This document shows, piece after piece, positions 1 to 12,361 of a DNA stretch of 64,000 nucleotides. The position numbers and the translations under genes were made by a program. How positions within the stretch are numbered: position 1 is the first letter of the stretch; every line of letters starts with the position of its first letter. The stretch covers positions 21,514,001 to 21,578,000 of the forward strand of contig OZ024763.1 in assembly GCA_964016885.1 (NCBI GenBank), written 5' to 3'. The notes beneath the pieces were generated by a model. The model was not told where the DNA came from. It searched no databases and was given only the letters and a program-made list of their open reading frames with translations. This stretch comes from Eledone cirrhosa (taxonomy: Eukaryota).

Positions 1-564
1 TGAAGGGTGTTTCTTTCAATGTTTCTCTCTTTTGTTGTTGTTGTTGTTGTGTTATATGTAGGAAGGGCTGCTGATTGGCAGTAATCGGTAGAGTGTCGGA
101 CGATATGGGTGGCAGCATAGAGTTATGGCCCTTTACACTGTGAGTTCAAATCTCGCTGAGGTTAGCTTTGCCTATCATCCTTACAGGCTCATCCCACCCC
201 TATACCTACGTCCCCAATTCCCCAGACATCTTCCCCAACCCACACCATAAAATGGGCCCCCTGGAGCCACGACAAAAGTGCCCTGCTTACCCTATAAAGT
301 AGCTGTGTACGTGTCACGGCAAAGTTGCCCAGCCCACACTGTCAAGTGGTTGTGTAGGTGTCATGACAAAAGCTCCCAGTTCACACTATAAATGTGGTTG
401 GCATTAGGAAGGGCTTCCAGCCATAGAAACCAAGCCAAAATCAGTTCTGTGTGTGCAAAACACAGTCCTCTGACCTGATCTCTCACAAAGGGACAGCTCG
501 TTCTACCCATGCTAGCATAGAAAATGGACAATAAACGATGGTGATGATGATATATATATATATC

Positions 565-1106
565 GTGCAGGGCGATAAAAATAGATGGTAGCCACGGAGT
601 AGGCAGACCCAGAAAAACCTGGGACAACTTGATAAATTCCGACCTCACACACTTACACCTCTCTAAGACAATATCACTGGACCGAGATCTTTGGCGCTAC
701 ACAGTAATACAGAAGCCCCGCCTTACAAAGCGAAACCTACAGTCAGTAGGCACCTCTTAACAAAAATACACCCCCGTCCCACCACCCCCACACTATTTAC
801 ACCACCCCTTTCGATGTAAAGTTATGTTGGTACCACAACATCCAGACCGAAATAAATGAGGTCGTGTAGGTGTCACGACAAAAAAACACACAGTCCACGC
901 TGTAATGTGGCCGTGTAGGTAACACGGTAAAAACCTCCCAGTCCACACTGTAAACGACGGGGTTGGTGTTAGGAAGGGCATCCAGCCGTAGAAAACCCGC
1001 CAGACAGTCCTATGCGAGCAAGACAACCAATCTTGCCTCAAGTGGGAAAATTCCCGTCCAAACCCATGCAAGCGTGGAAGATGGACGTTAAACAATGATG
1101 ATGATG

Positions 1107-1108
<2 letters not shown>
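565..1108 (+). mobile_element. RTE-clade LINE 3' fragment with long 3'UTR and (GAT)n tail
   Basis: Translates to CRAIKIDGSHGVGRPRKTWDNLINSDLTHLHLSKTISLDRDLWR, the RTE C-terminus also seen in the 38425 ORF. Nearly the same sequence occurs at 56130-56686. Ends in gatgatgat next to (TA)n. Confidence 0.9.
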
Positions 1109-1143
<35 letters not shown>

Positions 1144-1152
1144 TATATATAT

Positions 1153-1197
<45 letters not shown>

Positions 1198-1276
1198 TAT
1201 ATATATACACACACATATATATATATATATATATACACACACATATACATATATATATATACACACACACACACAC

Positions 1277-1322
<46 letters not shown>

Positions 1323-1324
1323 TA

Positions 1325-1503
1325 ATAAAAACAATGAAATAAAAACAAAGAACAAGTTCCTTATATTAAAAAATTCATCATTTTACTATCGTTTCTGGGA
1401 TGTATATGTGTGTTGGTATGTATATCATATAGATCTATGTAAAGATATTACAAATTATCAGAGGAAATATACATACCTTCACATATACATGCCGTCCTCA
1501 AAA
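1325..1503 (-). mobile_element. Penelope-like remnant with extended-stem-II hammerhead motif
   Basis: Minus strand reads ttt-TGAGGA-[ggcatgtatatgtg...cacatatacatcc]-ca-GAAA-C-GATA-GTA-aaa. A homologue lies at 10921-11101. Confidence 0.55.
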
Positions 1504-1683
1504 GAGTCAGGACCCTGATGGCTGAGATCCAGCCATTTTGACAGCTATATCGATCTAGCTGTCGAAAGGCCGTAGCTAGGCCGCCGGGGTCCTGAATCTT
1601 TTCATATTACCGAGTCTACTACCCCAAGTATCGAGTACTCTAGTGGGTTATGGTCCACCTGGTATTTTACCACACCCTATCTG
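1500..1683 (+). mobile_element. Palindromic Penelope-like element (family P1) with hammerhead 3' half
   Basis: Imperfect ~51-bp inverted repeat 1500-1551/1552-1602 with no spacer. The right arm begins gatctagctgtc-GAAA-ggcc-gta. A second copy lies at 9060-9230. Confidence 0.7.
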
Positions 1684-1762
1684 ATATATATATATATAAT
1701 AGTAGAACACTGGAGTGTTATATCCGTAGTAGTAGAGCACTCAGTCCATGGGATGAGTTTGG

Positions 1763-1869
1763 TAGAAGTAGTTCCACACCAGTTAGTTCACCATATCGAG
1801 CTGAAGATCCGCATAAGGTGAAACATTTGTTCTCAGTATGGTGAACTAACTGTTGTGGAACTACTTCTA
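1763..1869 (+). ncRNA. Type I hammerhead ribozyme motif with 38-bp stem I
   Basis: CTGAAGA (1801-1807), stem II tCCgcataaGGt, GAAA (1820-1823), C-attt-G, then triplet GTT. Flanks 1763-1800 and 1832-1869 are reverse complements at 35/38 positions. Confidence 0.8.
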
Positions 1870-1882
1870 TATATATATATAT

Positions 1883-2208
1883 ATCATCATCATTCATCAT
1901 CATTTCATTTTACGTCCGCTTTTTCCCTGCTTGCAAGGGTGGGACGGGAACTGATACTGGCTTGATTTCTACAGCTGGATGCCCTTCCTAACACCAACCT
2001 CATTTACAGTGAGTACTGGGTGCTTTTTTGCCATGGCACCTCCACAACCACTTTGCAGTGGAATGATAGGGACCTCAGTCCCTAGCATCTCATTTCTACA
2101 GTGTGAAATAAAGTGTCTTGCTCAAGGAAACAACACATCACCGGTCTGAGAATTGAACTCACAACCTTTCGATTGCAAGACCAATGCTCTAACCACTAAG
2201 CCATGTGC

Positions 2209-2211
<3 letters not shown>
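1883..2211 (-). mobile_element. tRNA-derived SINE family A (RTE-type tail)
   Basis: Head GGCACATGGCTTAGTGGTTAGAGC (A box) ... GAGTTCAATTC (B box); tail GCAAGCAGGGAAAAGCGGACGTAAAA(TGA)n; flanked by (TA)n. Confidence 0.9.
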
Positions 2212-2254
<43 letters not shown>

Positions 2255-2339
2255 TTACCCTTTCTAGCAGTCTCTCTCTCTGTTAGCCTCTTCCTCACCC
2301 TTCACTCACTCATTCTCTGTCACTACCTCTCCTCCTCCT

Positions 2340-2769
2340 CTTTCTTCCCGTTTGACCTGTGTGTAATTCTTTTCTCTCGCACGCTGGCCAAGCTGGTATG
2401 AATTTTTTCTCTCTCTCGTCTACGATTTCACAGAACTTATGTTTACCGAATTCGCAGACCAGACCCCTTCTTCCTCCCGTTAGACCTGTGCGAAATTCCT
2501 TCCTTGCTCACATTTCAACCAGGTTTGATGGTCTTTATTCTCTCGTTCACGATTTCACCGAATTTAAATTCATAGAAATCTGGGACTTGTCTCTTTCTTC
2601 CTCGCTTTCTGTTGCTTCACCATTTTGTTTGTTTACCCTCGCGTCCCCTTTATTTACGTGTCCCAACGACTTTTTTTTAGCCGTTGCTCGCACCAACCGG
2701 AGGTATATGGTCTTTAAAGCGATGAAATGCCTATGATGGTTGGAAGATCACTGATGAAGGACAAACTTT

Positions 2770-2772
<3 letters not shown>
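2340..2772 (+). mobile_element. Penelope-like UTR remnant ending in a hammerhead 5' half
   Basis: CpG-rich tract with an internal ~130-bp imperfect direct repeat. Ends CACTGATGAAGGAC, cut off by (TA)n. Confidence 0.4.
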
Positions 2773-2802
<30 letters not shown>

Positions 2803-2810
<8 letters not shown>

Positions 2811-3013
2811 TAACAGATTAAAGTTTAAGCAAAGAATCGCTGCTTTCACCCTTAACGGATCTTCTGAGTTAAGGGTGAAAGCAGCGATTCTTTGCTTAAA
2901 CTTTAATCTGTTATTTTAATAAATATTTGCTCTACGGTTCTTATATATTTGATATATATTTATCCTTATCGAGCCCTCTTTCGATTTTAGTCTTCACATT
3001 TGTTATTATTACT
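2803..3013 (+). mobile_element. Palindromic Penelope-like element (family P2)
   Basis: Perfect 54-bp inverted repeat 2803-2856/2868-2921 with an 11-nt spacer and a unique tail, between (TA)n. Related pieces at 33216-33270 and 42181-42320. Confidence 0.75.
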
Positions 3014-3026
3014 ATATATATATATA

Positions 3027-3477
3027 TACGATATTAAACAAATGGAAACTATATTTATAAAACAATATTTATTTCGTTATATATATTTCTGGGATATCAT
3101 ATTAAAAATATGGTATGCCTTCCTCAGACAAAATACAATATATAAGCTGTTTTATAAATAATTTTGACATACCTTAGAATAATGCAACTTCCATTTAAAA
3201 ACTACCAAATCAACTTTTTAAATGGAAGTTGCATTATTCTAAGGTATGTCAAAATTATTTATAAAACAGCTTATATATTGTATTTTGTCTGAGGAAGGCA
3301 TACCATATTTTTAATATGATATCCCAGAAATATATATAACGAAATAAATATGGTTTTATAAATATAGTTTCCATTTGTTTAATATCGTAAACCTACTCCA
3401 GAAACTGTTGAGTGCTTTTATATCAGTTATAAAATATTTACTCGTTGTAACCCAACAATTTTAAATAAAACTTTTGC
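3027..3477 (+). mobile_element. Palindromic Penelope-like element (family P3), ~175-bp arms
   Basis: Inverted repeat 3027-3201/3215-3389 with one mismatch seen, plus a unique ~90-bp tail. (TA)n on both sides. Confidence 0.8.
3283..3344 (+). ncRNA. Minimal type I hammerhead ribozyme motif (mirror copy on the - strand in the left arm)
   Basis: ttttgt-CTGAGGA-a-ggcataccat...atgatatcc-ca-GAAA-T-ATAT-A-TA|acgaaa. Stem I is ttttgt/acgaaa; stem III is palindromic. Confidence 0.7.
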
Positions 3478-4016
3478 ATATATATATATATATATATATA
3501 TCATCATCATCATCATCATCAACGTTTAACGTCCGTGTTCCACGCTTGCATGGGTTTGGACGGGGGTTTTCCCACTTGAGACAAGAGTGATTGTCTTGCT
3601 CGCATAGGACTGTCTGGCAGGTTTTCTACAGTTGGATGCCCTTCCTAACACCAACCACATTTATATATATATATTATGTGTGAGCTCGAACGAGAATGGA
3701 CAATAAAAGTTTGATACATATCTCGGTGAAGCAATTTGTGGCTGCATGTGATCAAATCTATCAGATCTGTCTATCTATTGGTGATCAGCCTTATACTTCT
3801 TTCCCCAGAAGACTGTTAGCAAATTTTTGGCATCATAGAATGAAGTGATTTGCAGTAGATTAGACATCACCATAATCTTAACCACTTGTCTCTTATCTCA
3901 CCCTCTCCCTAATCATTATTTTTTCTATATATGTGCACGTGTTTGAGTTTGTGTGTGTATATATATATATATCTATATCTATAAATATATGCATATATCT
4001 GTATATAAGTATATGC

Positions 4017-4094
<78 letters not shown>

Positions 4095-4633
4095 TTATAT
4101 ATATATATGTATCATCATCATCATCATTTTACGTCTGCTTTTCCCTGCTTGCAAGGTTGGACGGCATGTATACACACATACACACACACACACACACGTG
4201 TGTGTATGTATATCCCTTTAGCATTTTCTACTGTGTTTTTTTCTTTTTTATTATTGCACACACACACATATATATAGAGAGAGAAAATGTACATCCATAT
4301 ATGCACGCAATAACACAGACACACACACATACCCCCACCATACACACACACATCATGTAGTGCTGTTGGTTATTAAAGATTCCACTATGAACAGTTGACT
4401 CTAGTAGTAACATTCCTCTCTGGAGATTGTATTATAAATTAACTTTATGATTACAATGTTAACAAGGTTCTTTGAAACACATTAATCACAGCCATTTGTT
4501 TTTAAATTTTAAATTGTAATTAAGCCTGGGAGATCACTCTACTAGAAAACCACAGCCCCAGTTATAACTTAAGGGTTAATTAAATGTATGAGGAATTGTG
4601 ATGGGCTGAAGTTAGTTCTATAAAATATTTGTA

Positions 4634-5260
4634 TTAACCCCTTAGCATTTAAACCAACCATATCTGGCCAGAATTCTCTCACCTGTTTCTGTTCAAACTC
4701 GCCATAACCGGTTGCTCATACTGATGTTAGGGTATTGTTCTCAAAATAAATAATATCAAAATCTCATAGATTCGATATTATGTGGGATAATTATGTGAGG
4801 TTAAGCCTTTACTGTGAAAATATGATAGTAAATGCTAAAGGGTGAAACCAACCATATCCGGTCACAATTTTCTCACCTCTTTCTGTTCAAACGAGCTGTA
4901 ACTTGTTGCTCATACTTATGTTAAGGTATTGTTCTCAAAATAAATAAGATTAAAATTTCATAGATTCGATATTATGTGGGATAATTATGTGAGGTTAAGT
5001 ATTTACTGTGAAAATACAATAGTAAATATAGAATAATTGTTTCTACTTTAGGCACAAGGCCAGCAATTACCCAGTGCATTACTGGTACTTTATTTTATCG
5101 ACCCCGTAAGGATGAAAGGCAAAGTCAACCTCGGCGGGATTTGAACTCAGTTCGTAAAGGGACGTAACTATGCTGGAAAGCATGGCGTCCGACCCTCTAC
5201 CGATACTACCAATCCATCGCCATTAGTAAATATAGAATAATGTAAATGATAAAGGGTTAA
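4634..5260. mobile_element. piggyBac-like MITE (family M1), tandem dimer interrupted by a SINE
   Basis: Ends TTAACCCCTTAGCATTT ... AAATGATAAAGGGTTAA with the internal unit duplicated. Other copies at 34286-34502, 46036-46235, 49812-50039 and 61658-61780. Confidence 0.75.
5038..5223 (-). mobile_element. tRNA-derived SINE family B with 18-bp TSD
   Basis: TGGCAGTATCGG A-box-like head, GAGTTCAAATC B box, central TTTGCCTTTCATCCTTACGGGGTCGATAAAATAAAGTACCAG. TSD TAGTAAATATAGAATAAT at 5020-5037 and 5224-5241. Confidence 0.9.
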
Positions 5261-5269
5261 TGTAAAAAA

Positions 5270-5548
5270 TTCAAGTGTCTTTTGTGGTTATGAAAGTGGA
5301 AAAGGAAGGGCTCTAGTATCACAGAAAAATTGTGTGGGGGAAGTGGGACTATGTACTCTGGGCCTAGGGTGTGGTAGTTTGGGGCTGCATCCCACAGACA
5401 AAACCGCAAAAGCATTCCTGTGGAGAATGGCTAGTGACACCTGTTGCAACAGCCACCCCACCTCACGGGGCTCCTTCCTCAGACGGGCTGCTGACAATCT
5501 GATCTCGTGGAGGAGCTCGATAGTACAGGGTCCAAGTATAGAAAACTT
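5270..5548 (-). mobile_element. CRE-like (RLE) non-LTR retrotransposon 3' fragment
   Basis: LGPCTIELLHE...EPREVGWLLQQVSLAILHRNAFAVL resembles the CRE-clade C-terminal WLxQRxSLAxxRGNA motif. Confidence 0.65.
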
Positions 5549-5658
5549 TATTGCTGTTGTTGTTTAGAAAATAAAATGGTTATAGTCTGTCCCAGGGTTG
5601 GTTGTTGACCAGGCTGGAGTTTATCCCAGTTTTATTGGTGGTTTAGCAGTTGGGAATA

Positions 5659-6140
5659 TGAGGGTCAGCTGTAATGTTCATAAGCTGACCAAGATACTCT
5701 CATGGAATGAGCAAATGAGGTTTATTTTTCAACATAGTCCCTGGAAAGAAACAATGCAGTTATTAATAAGAAGAGTTGAAATTAATGCAAGCAAGATTTC
5801 ACAGCTCTAGCATCAATCCTTCATATGTTGAGTAAGATACTCTCATGGAATGACCAAATGAGGTTTATTTTTCAACATAGTCCCTGGAAAGAAACAATCC
5901 AGTTATTAATAAGAAGAGTTGAAATTAATGCAAGCAAGATTTCACAGCCCTAGCATCAATCCTTCATATGTTGAGTAAGATACTCTCATGGAATGACCAA
6001 ATGAGGTTTATTTTTCAACATAGTCCCTGGAAAGAAACAATACAGTTATTAAGAAGAGTTGAAATTAATGCATGCAAGATTTCGCAGCTCTATCATCACT
6101 CCTTCATAGTTAGCCTATAAAGTTTTCTGCTGACCCTTAT
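5659..6140. mobile_element. mariner-like MITE with an internal 143-bp unit triplicated
   Basis: TIR-like ends TGAGGGTCAGCTG..TTCATAAGCTGAC / TTAGCCTATAAAGTTTTCTGCTGACCCTTA in TA context. Repeat starts at 5691, 5834 and 5977. Related ends at 10472-10575 and 54322-54750. Confidence 0.65.
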
Positions 6141-6404
6141 ATAAATGGGATAGTGGTAGTAGTGGTTGGGATAGAGGTGATGGAGGGGATAGTTATAGCG
6201 GGAATGGTGGTAGCGGTGGTAGTGGGGGTTAGGATAGAAGTGGTGGAGGGGATGGTGGTAGTGGTGGTAGTGGAAGGTGGTGGGAGTTATTGGAAACCAT
6301 AATATCCGGAGTAATTAATTAATTTAGAAATCCGTCCCTCCTTCCACACTCCCCCACCCCAAACATTTTTTTTTTAAAGTTCACATTAGAAGTTTATTTT
6401 AGAA

Positions 6405-6439
<35 letters not shown>

Positions 6440-6720
6440 CTGATTTTAATTGCTTGTCAAGTTTTCTTTTGAAGGGTTATAAATGTTATAGAGACAGTAA
6501 GATATGTTGTGTAGGCTCTCAGCTTTTATGGGGTCTTATGAATATTCATGTGTATTCTATATCTACTTCAATGAAATATTATATCTGTTGATGATGATGA
6601 TGATATATGTTTTGTATGGAAGGCCATACTGGAAACTAAAAAAAAACACATCTAACACATTGAAGGATATGGTAGGATGGTTAAGTCACAGTAGAGGAAG
6701 GTCAAGCTGCAGTAGAGGAA

Positions 6721-8507
6721 GGTCCTATGAAACAAACCTACCTATGGACCTATGAAACAAACCCACCATGGTCCTATGAAACAAACCCACCATAGTCCTA
6801 TGAAACAAACCCACCTATGGTCCTATGAAACAAACACACCATAGTCCTATGAAACAAACCCACATATGGTCCTATGAAACAAACCCACCATGGTCCTATG
6901 AAACAAACCCACCATGGTCCTATGAAACAAACCTACCTATGATCCTATGAAACAAACCCACCTATGGTCCTATGAAACAAACCCACCATGGTCCTATGAA
7001 ACAAACCCACCATGGTCCTATGAAACAAACCTACCTATGGTCCTATGAAACAAACCCCCCATGGTCCTATGAAACAAACCCACCATGGTCCTATGAAACA
7101 AACCTACCTATGATCCTATGAAACAAACCCACCTATGGTCCTATGAAACAAACCCACCATGGTCCTATGAAACAAACCCACCTATGGTCCTATGAAACAA
7201 ACCCACCATGGTCCTATGAAACAAACCCACCTATGATCCTATGAAACAAACCCACCATGGTCCTATGAAACAAACCCACCATGGTCCTATGAAACAAACC
7301 TACCTATGATCCTATGAAACAAACCCACCTATGGTCCTATGAAACAAACCTACCTATGATCCTATGAAACAAACCCACCTATGGTCCTATGAAACAAACC
7401 CACCTATGGTCCTATGAAACAAACCCACCATAGTCCTATGAAACAAACCCACATATGGTCCTATGAAACAAACACACCATAGTCCTATGAAACAAACCCA
7501 CCATGGTCCTATGAAACAAACACACCATAGTCCTATGAAACAAACCCACCTATGGTCCTATGAAACAAACCCACCATAGTCCTATGAAACAAACCCACCT
7601 ATGGTCCTATGAAACAAACACACCTATGGTCCTATGAAACAAACACACCTATGGTCCTATGAAACAAACCCACCATGGTCCTATGAAACAAACCCACCAT
7701 GGTCCTATGAAACAAACCCACCTATGGTCCTATGAAACAAACACACCTATGGTCCTATGAAACAAACCCACCTATGGTCCTATGAAACAAACCCACGTAT
7801 GGTCCTATGAAACAAACCCACCTATGGTCCTATGAAACAAACCCACCTATGGTCCTATGAAACAAACCCACGTATGGTCCTATGAAACAAACCCACCTAT
7901 GGTCCTATCAAACAAACCCACCTATGGTCCTATGAAACAAACCCACCTATGGTCCTATGAAACAAACCCACCCATGGACCTATCAAACAAACCCACCTAT
8001 GGTCCTATGAAACAAACACACCTATGGTCCTATGAAACAAACACACCTATGGTCCTATGAAATAAACACACCTATGGTCCTATGAAACAAACACACCTAT
8101 GGTCCTATGATACAAACCCACCACGGTCCTATGAAACAAACCCACCCACGGTCCTATGAAACAAACACACTATGGTCCTATGAAACAAACCCACGTATGG
8201 TCCTATGAAACAAACCCACCTATGGTCCTATGAAACAAACCCACCTATGGTCCTATGAAACAAACCCACCATGGTCCTATGAAACAAACCCACTACGGTC
8301 CTATGAAACAAACCCACGTATGGTCCTATGAAACAAACCCACGTATGGTCCTATGAAACAAACACACGTATGGTCCTATGAAACAAACACACCTATGGTC
8401 CTATGATACAAACCCACCTATGGTCCTATGATACAAACACACCTATGGTCCTATGATACAAACACACCTATGGTCCTATGATACAAACACACCTATGTCC
8501 TATGAAA
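6721..8507. repeat. 24/25-bp minisatellite (GGTCCTATGAAACAAACCCACC(T)AT)
   Basis: About 70 directly visible tandem copies, running into a MITE body that ends AAAGGGTTAA at ~8703. Confidence 0.97.
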
Positions 8508-9059
8508 GAAAACTCCCCATTTTTAAGGATTCTTATTTAAATTAATATCTTCCAACATAATATTATATATGAGCTATATGTCAAGTTAGTAGTAATTCAG
8601 TAATGAAATAATTAATAACATTACTAAATTCCTTAATATTTTTCATTAATTAATTGGAATAAAGTTTATTTTGTTAAATATAAGGTCACAACGAAAGGGT
8701 TAAATGAACATTTTCTAACATACTTTATATTGTTACGTTAATATTTCAGTAATGAAATAATTAATAATTTTAATAAATCCCTTATAATTCCTCATTAATT
8801 AATCGAAATAGAGTTACATTATTTCATTAAAAATATGGTAACAAAAGCATTATAATCATCATCATCATCATTTAACCTCCATTTTTCCATACTACCATGC
8901 GTTAGATGAGTTATCCCATTTGAGATGAGTCAGGTCAGGTGACCAGGTCTTGCTTATACAGAGCTGTTTCTGGCTTGGTTTCTATGGCTGGATGTCCTCC
9001 CTAACGCAAATCACATTCACAGTGAGTACTGGGTGCTTTTTGTTGTGACACGTATATAT

Positions 9060-9230
9060 ATAGGAAAAGAGTCAGGATCTCAATGGCCAAACTTTGGATC
9101 TAGCTGTCGAAACGGCCGGAGCTCAGCCGTCGGGGTCCTGATTCTTTTCCTATTACCCACTCTACTACCCTAAATATCGAGTACTCTGGTACGTTATGGT
9201 CAACCTGGTATCTTACCTCACCTTCTTTGT
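9060..9230 (+). mobile_element. Palindromic Penelope-like element P1, second copy
   Basis: ataggaaaagagtcagga ... tcctgattcttttcctat inverted arms. The direct segment starts gatctagctgtcGAAACGGCCG at 9097. (TA)n flanks. Confidence 0.7.
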
Positions 9231-9502
9231 TATATATATATAAGCTATATTTATATTATATAAGCTATATATTCCAGTGTGGACTGGGTGCTTTATAAAT
9301 ATATTTCAAACTATCGTTGATATGAATCCCAGTTGTAAGGGTTGGTGTCAAGACTGGCCTCTCATCCAACCCATGCCAGCATGGTAAAGTGGAAGGAAAA
9401 ACAACAATAATGAAATGAAGTGTTAAGCGTCAAATCAGATCCTTCAGCAGGGTTACTTCTCTGAAGACCTTCTGCTGACCAGCTCTCCTGAGAGTTTCTT
9501 AC

Positions 9503-9870
9503 CATCCAACCCATGTGCCTTCAGCAACCCATGCCCCTTCATCCAGCTCATGTGCCTTCATCACACCCATGGGCCCTCGTCCAACTCATGTGCCTTCATC
9601 CAACCCATGCACCTTCATCCAACCCATACACCTTCATCCAACTCATGTGCCTTTATCCCACCCTTGTGCCTTTATCCCACCCTTGTGCCTTTATCCCACC
9701 CTTGTGCCTTTATCCCACCCTTGTGCCTTTATCCCACCCTTGTGCCTTCACCAACCCATGGGTTTTCATCCCACCCATGGGTCTTCATCCAACCCATGGG
9801 CCTTCATCCAACCCACACCCCTTCATCCCACCCACACCCCTTCACTAACCCACACCCTTCACCCCACCCC
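9503..9870. repeat. ~21-bp degenerate minisatellite (CCTTCATCCAACCCATGTG-like)
   Basis: Tandem units resemble the CATCCAACCCATGC SINE/LINE tail motif at 9363. Confidence 0.85.
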
Positions 9871-10253
9871 TGCCATTATGGAGCAATGGAGGTGGAGGAA
9901 TAAAACTATAATGAATTGATGTTAGATATTAGTATCCCCCCCCCCCCCTCCCTGCAATATAAATGTTTGTTTACATAGTAGCATATATCAGACAAGTTCT
10001 GGAGAATTGCCTTTTTTTAATTATTGTTAAGCTGAAATATTTCCCTTATGAATTCTAGCCCAAAAAATCAATAAAGCCAGCGCATGGTCCCATTCCTGTT
10101 TAATTATCTGTGGTCTACTTACATATCTGTTGTTGTTTGAGATATGTTAGAGCAGATTCTGGCTAATTTGTATATGTTAATCGATGTAGTCTCTGTAGTG
10201 GTAGAGTCTTTAGAATGTCAGATACAAGGTTTTCTTTATTGCATTTTGTCCAG

Positions 10254-10311
10254 GCTCTCTGCCCCCCCTCTCTCTCTCCTTCTCAGTTCAAATCTCTCCC
10301 ACCCAGGTCAG
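10254..10311 (+). other. Candidate small exon
   Basis: Pyrimidine tract ttttctttattgcattttgtccAG, then donor CAG|GTCAGT, in non-repeat sequence. No homology recognised. Confidence 0.2.
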
Positions 10312-10330
10312 GTCAGTTTTCTTTTCTCAT

Positions 10331-10452
10331 TTCTTCTTCATCTTCTTCTTCTTCTTCTTCTTCTTCTTCTTCTTCTTCTTCTTCTTCTTCTTCTTCTTCT
10401 TCTTCTTCTTCTTCTTCTTCTTCTTCTTCTTCTTCTTCTCCTTCTTCTTCTT
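10331..10452. repeat. (TTC)n microsatellite
   Basis: About 40 TTC units. Confidence 0.97.
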
Positions 10453-10889
10453 GGAAGAGTCCTCCAGCAGCTCATGCAGTTATTAATAAGAAGAATTGAA
10501 ATTAATGCATTCAAGATTTCACAGTTCTAGCATCACACATATTCAGCCTATGAACTTTTCAGCTAAGCCCCATATATCCTTGTTGATTTTCACATTCATA
10601 ATTGAGGCATATATGCTATGTTTATGTATAATATCAGTCTCTGGGCTTGAGACAGACTTTAGACTTTAAACAAGTACTGGGGTTGTTTTGATGAAAAAAA
10701 AAAAAAATTTCTGTCCTTGTATGGTCCTGTAACTCCTGGTAGAGTCATTGGGGCGCGGTATTGACATATGGCTTTTCTTGGGTATTTTAACCCTGGTAGA
10801 ACCCATCCCTCTTCAGGCCTGAGTTCAGCAGAAAAGATAGAAATGAGAAAGAGATATAGAGGAAGTATCGACCCCAGTATTAGACTGGT

Positions 10890-10920
<31 letters not shown>

Positions 10921-10925
<5 letters not shown>

Positions 10926-11101
10926 AAAACAATGAAATAAAAAATCAAGTCATTAGAGATATACTTCACTGCTTTACGATCGTTTCTAGGTGATGATACA
11001 TTGTAGCTATACTCCGTTATTGATCTATGTAAGGTTAGTTACAAAATATCAGATAAAGAGAATATTTACTTACATGTATATCACCAGCTGTTTTCGAAAG
11101 C
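10921..11101 (-). mobile_element. Penelope-like remnant with degenerate hammerhead (homologue of 1325-1503)
   Basis: Minus strand: gctt...[ggtgatatacat...atgtatcatcacc]-ta-GAAA-C-GATC-GTA-aagc. Stem III ACGATCGT is palindromic. Between (TA)n. Confidence 0.55.
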
Positions 11102-11116
11102 AATATATATATATAT

Positions 11117-11445
11117 CATCATCATCATCATTTCATTTTATGTCCGCTTTTCCCTGCTTGCAAGGGTGGGACGGGAACTGATTCTGGCTTGATTTCTACA
11201 GCTGGATGCCCTTCCTAACACCAACCTCATTTACAGTGAGTGCTGGGTGCTTTTTTGCCATGGCACCTCCACGACCACTTTGCAGTGGAATGATATGGAC
11301 CCCAGTCCCTATCATCTCATTTCTACAGCTGAGTAAACTGGAGCAATGTGAAATAAAGTGTCTTGCTCAAGGAAACAACACATAACACATCACCCGGTCT
11401 GAGAATTGAACTCACAACCTTTCGATTGCAAGGCCATGTGCCTCC
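11117..11445 (-). mobile_element. SINE family A
   Basis: Matches 1883-2211; (CAT)n tail beside (TA)n. Confidence 0.9.
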
Positions 11446-12361
11446 ATATATGGAGAGCAATGTATATATATGTATATATGGAGAGATAGAGAGAGAGAGG
11501 GAAAGAAATATAGAGGAAGACTCAACCCCAGTACTACTAGACTGGTACTTTTTTTTTTATCGACCTTGAAAGGATGAAAGGCAAAGTTAGTTGACCTGAG
11601 CGGGATTTGATCTGAGAGAGCAGAGAGCCAGAACAAATACCATAAAGCATTCTATCAGATGTTTTAACAACTCTGCCAATTCGTCGCCTTCTGTCCATGT
11701 ACATGAATTAAAAATCAATATTTTCTTTGAGCATCTGAGAGTGGAGGTGATGGATTGGCAGAATCAGGTAGAACATAAAATACTTTCCTTTGATCTACTG
11801 AAGTAGAGTTTATTTATGTATTTACACAAATACATCTCTATGTAACTCAAAATAAGTAATATAAGGTAGAATAAAACAAGATATATATAATAGAGACAGT
11901 GAAACAAAACCTCAGCACCTGGAGCTGTTTACATAAATAACATTGTGAAACAGTAAACAACACAGTTTTTTTTATAAAGTCAAGAAGACAATAGTCAATG
12001 AGCAGATTTAATACAGCCATATTGGTTTTTGTTTATTTTGGGGTTTTTTGGGTTTTTTTTTATTTTTGTACAGAACTTTTAATTTTAAATATCTTTCTTT
12101 CTATTCCTCTACTTTCCTCTCTCTCTCTCTCTCTCTCTCTCCTCCCCTCTCTCTTTCTTTTTTCTTACTCTTTCTCCCCCCTCTCTCTCTATATATATAT
12201 ATAAATAAATATATGTTTCTTTTATATATAAATAAATATAATCATTATTTTAGAACTGTTGAATGAATTATGAATTTTGTATGTATGTTAGCTTGAATTA
12301 TATATAAATATATATATATCATCATCACATCATCATCATCATCATCATCGCTTAATGTCTA

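Noticed and set aside
6721-8507. CRISPR-like regular array containing GAAAC
   Set aside because: There are no unique spacers; it is a contiguous minisatellite in eukaryotic DNA.
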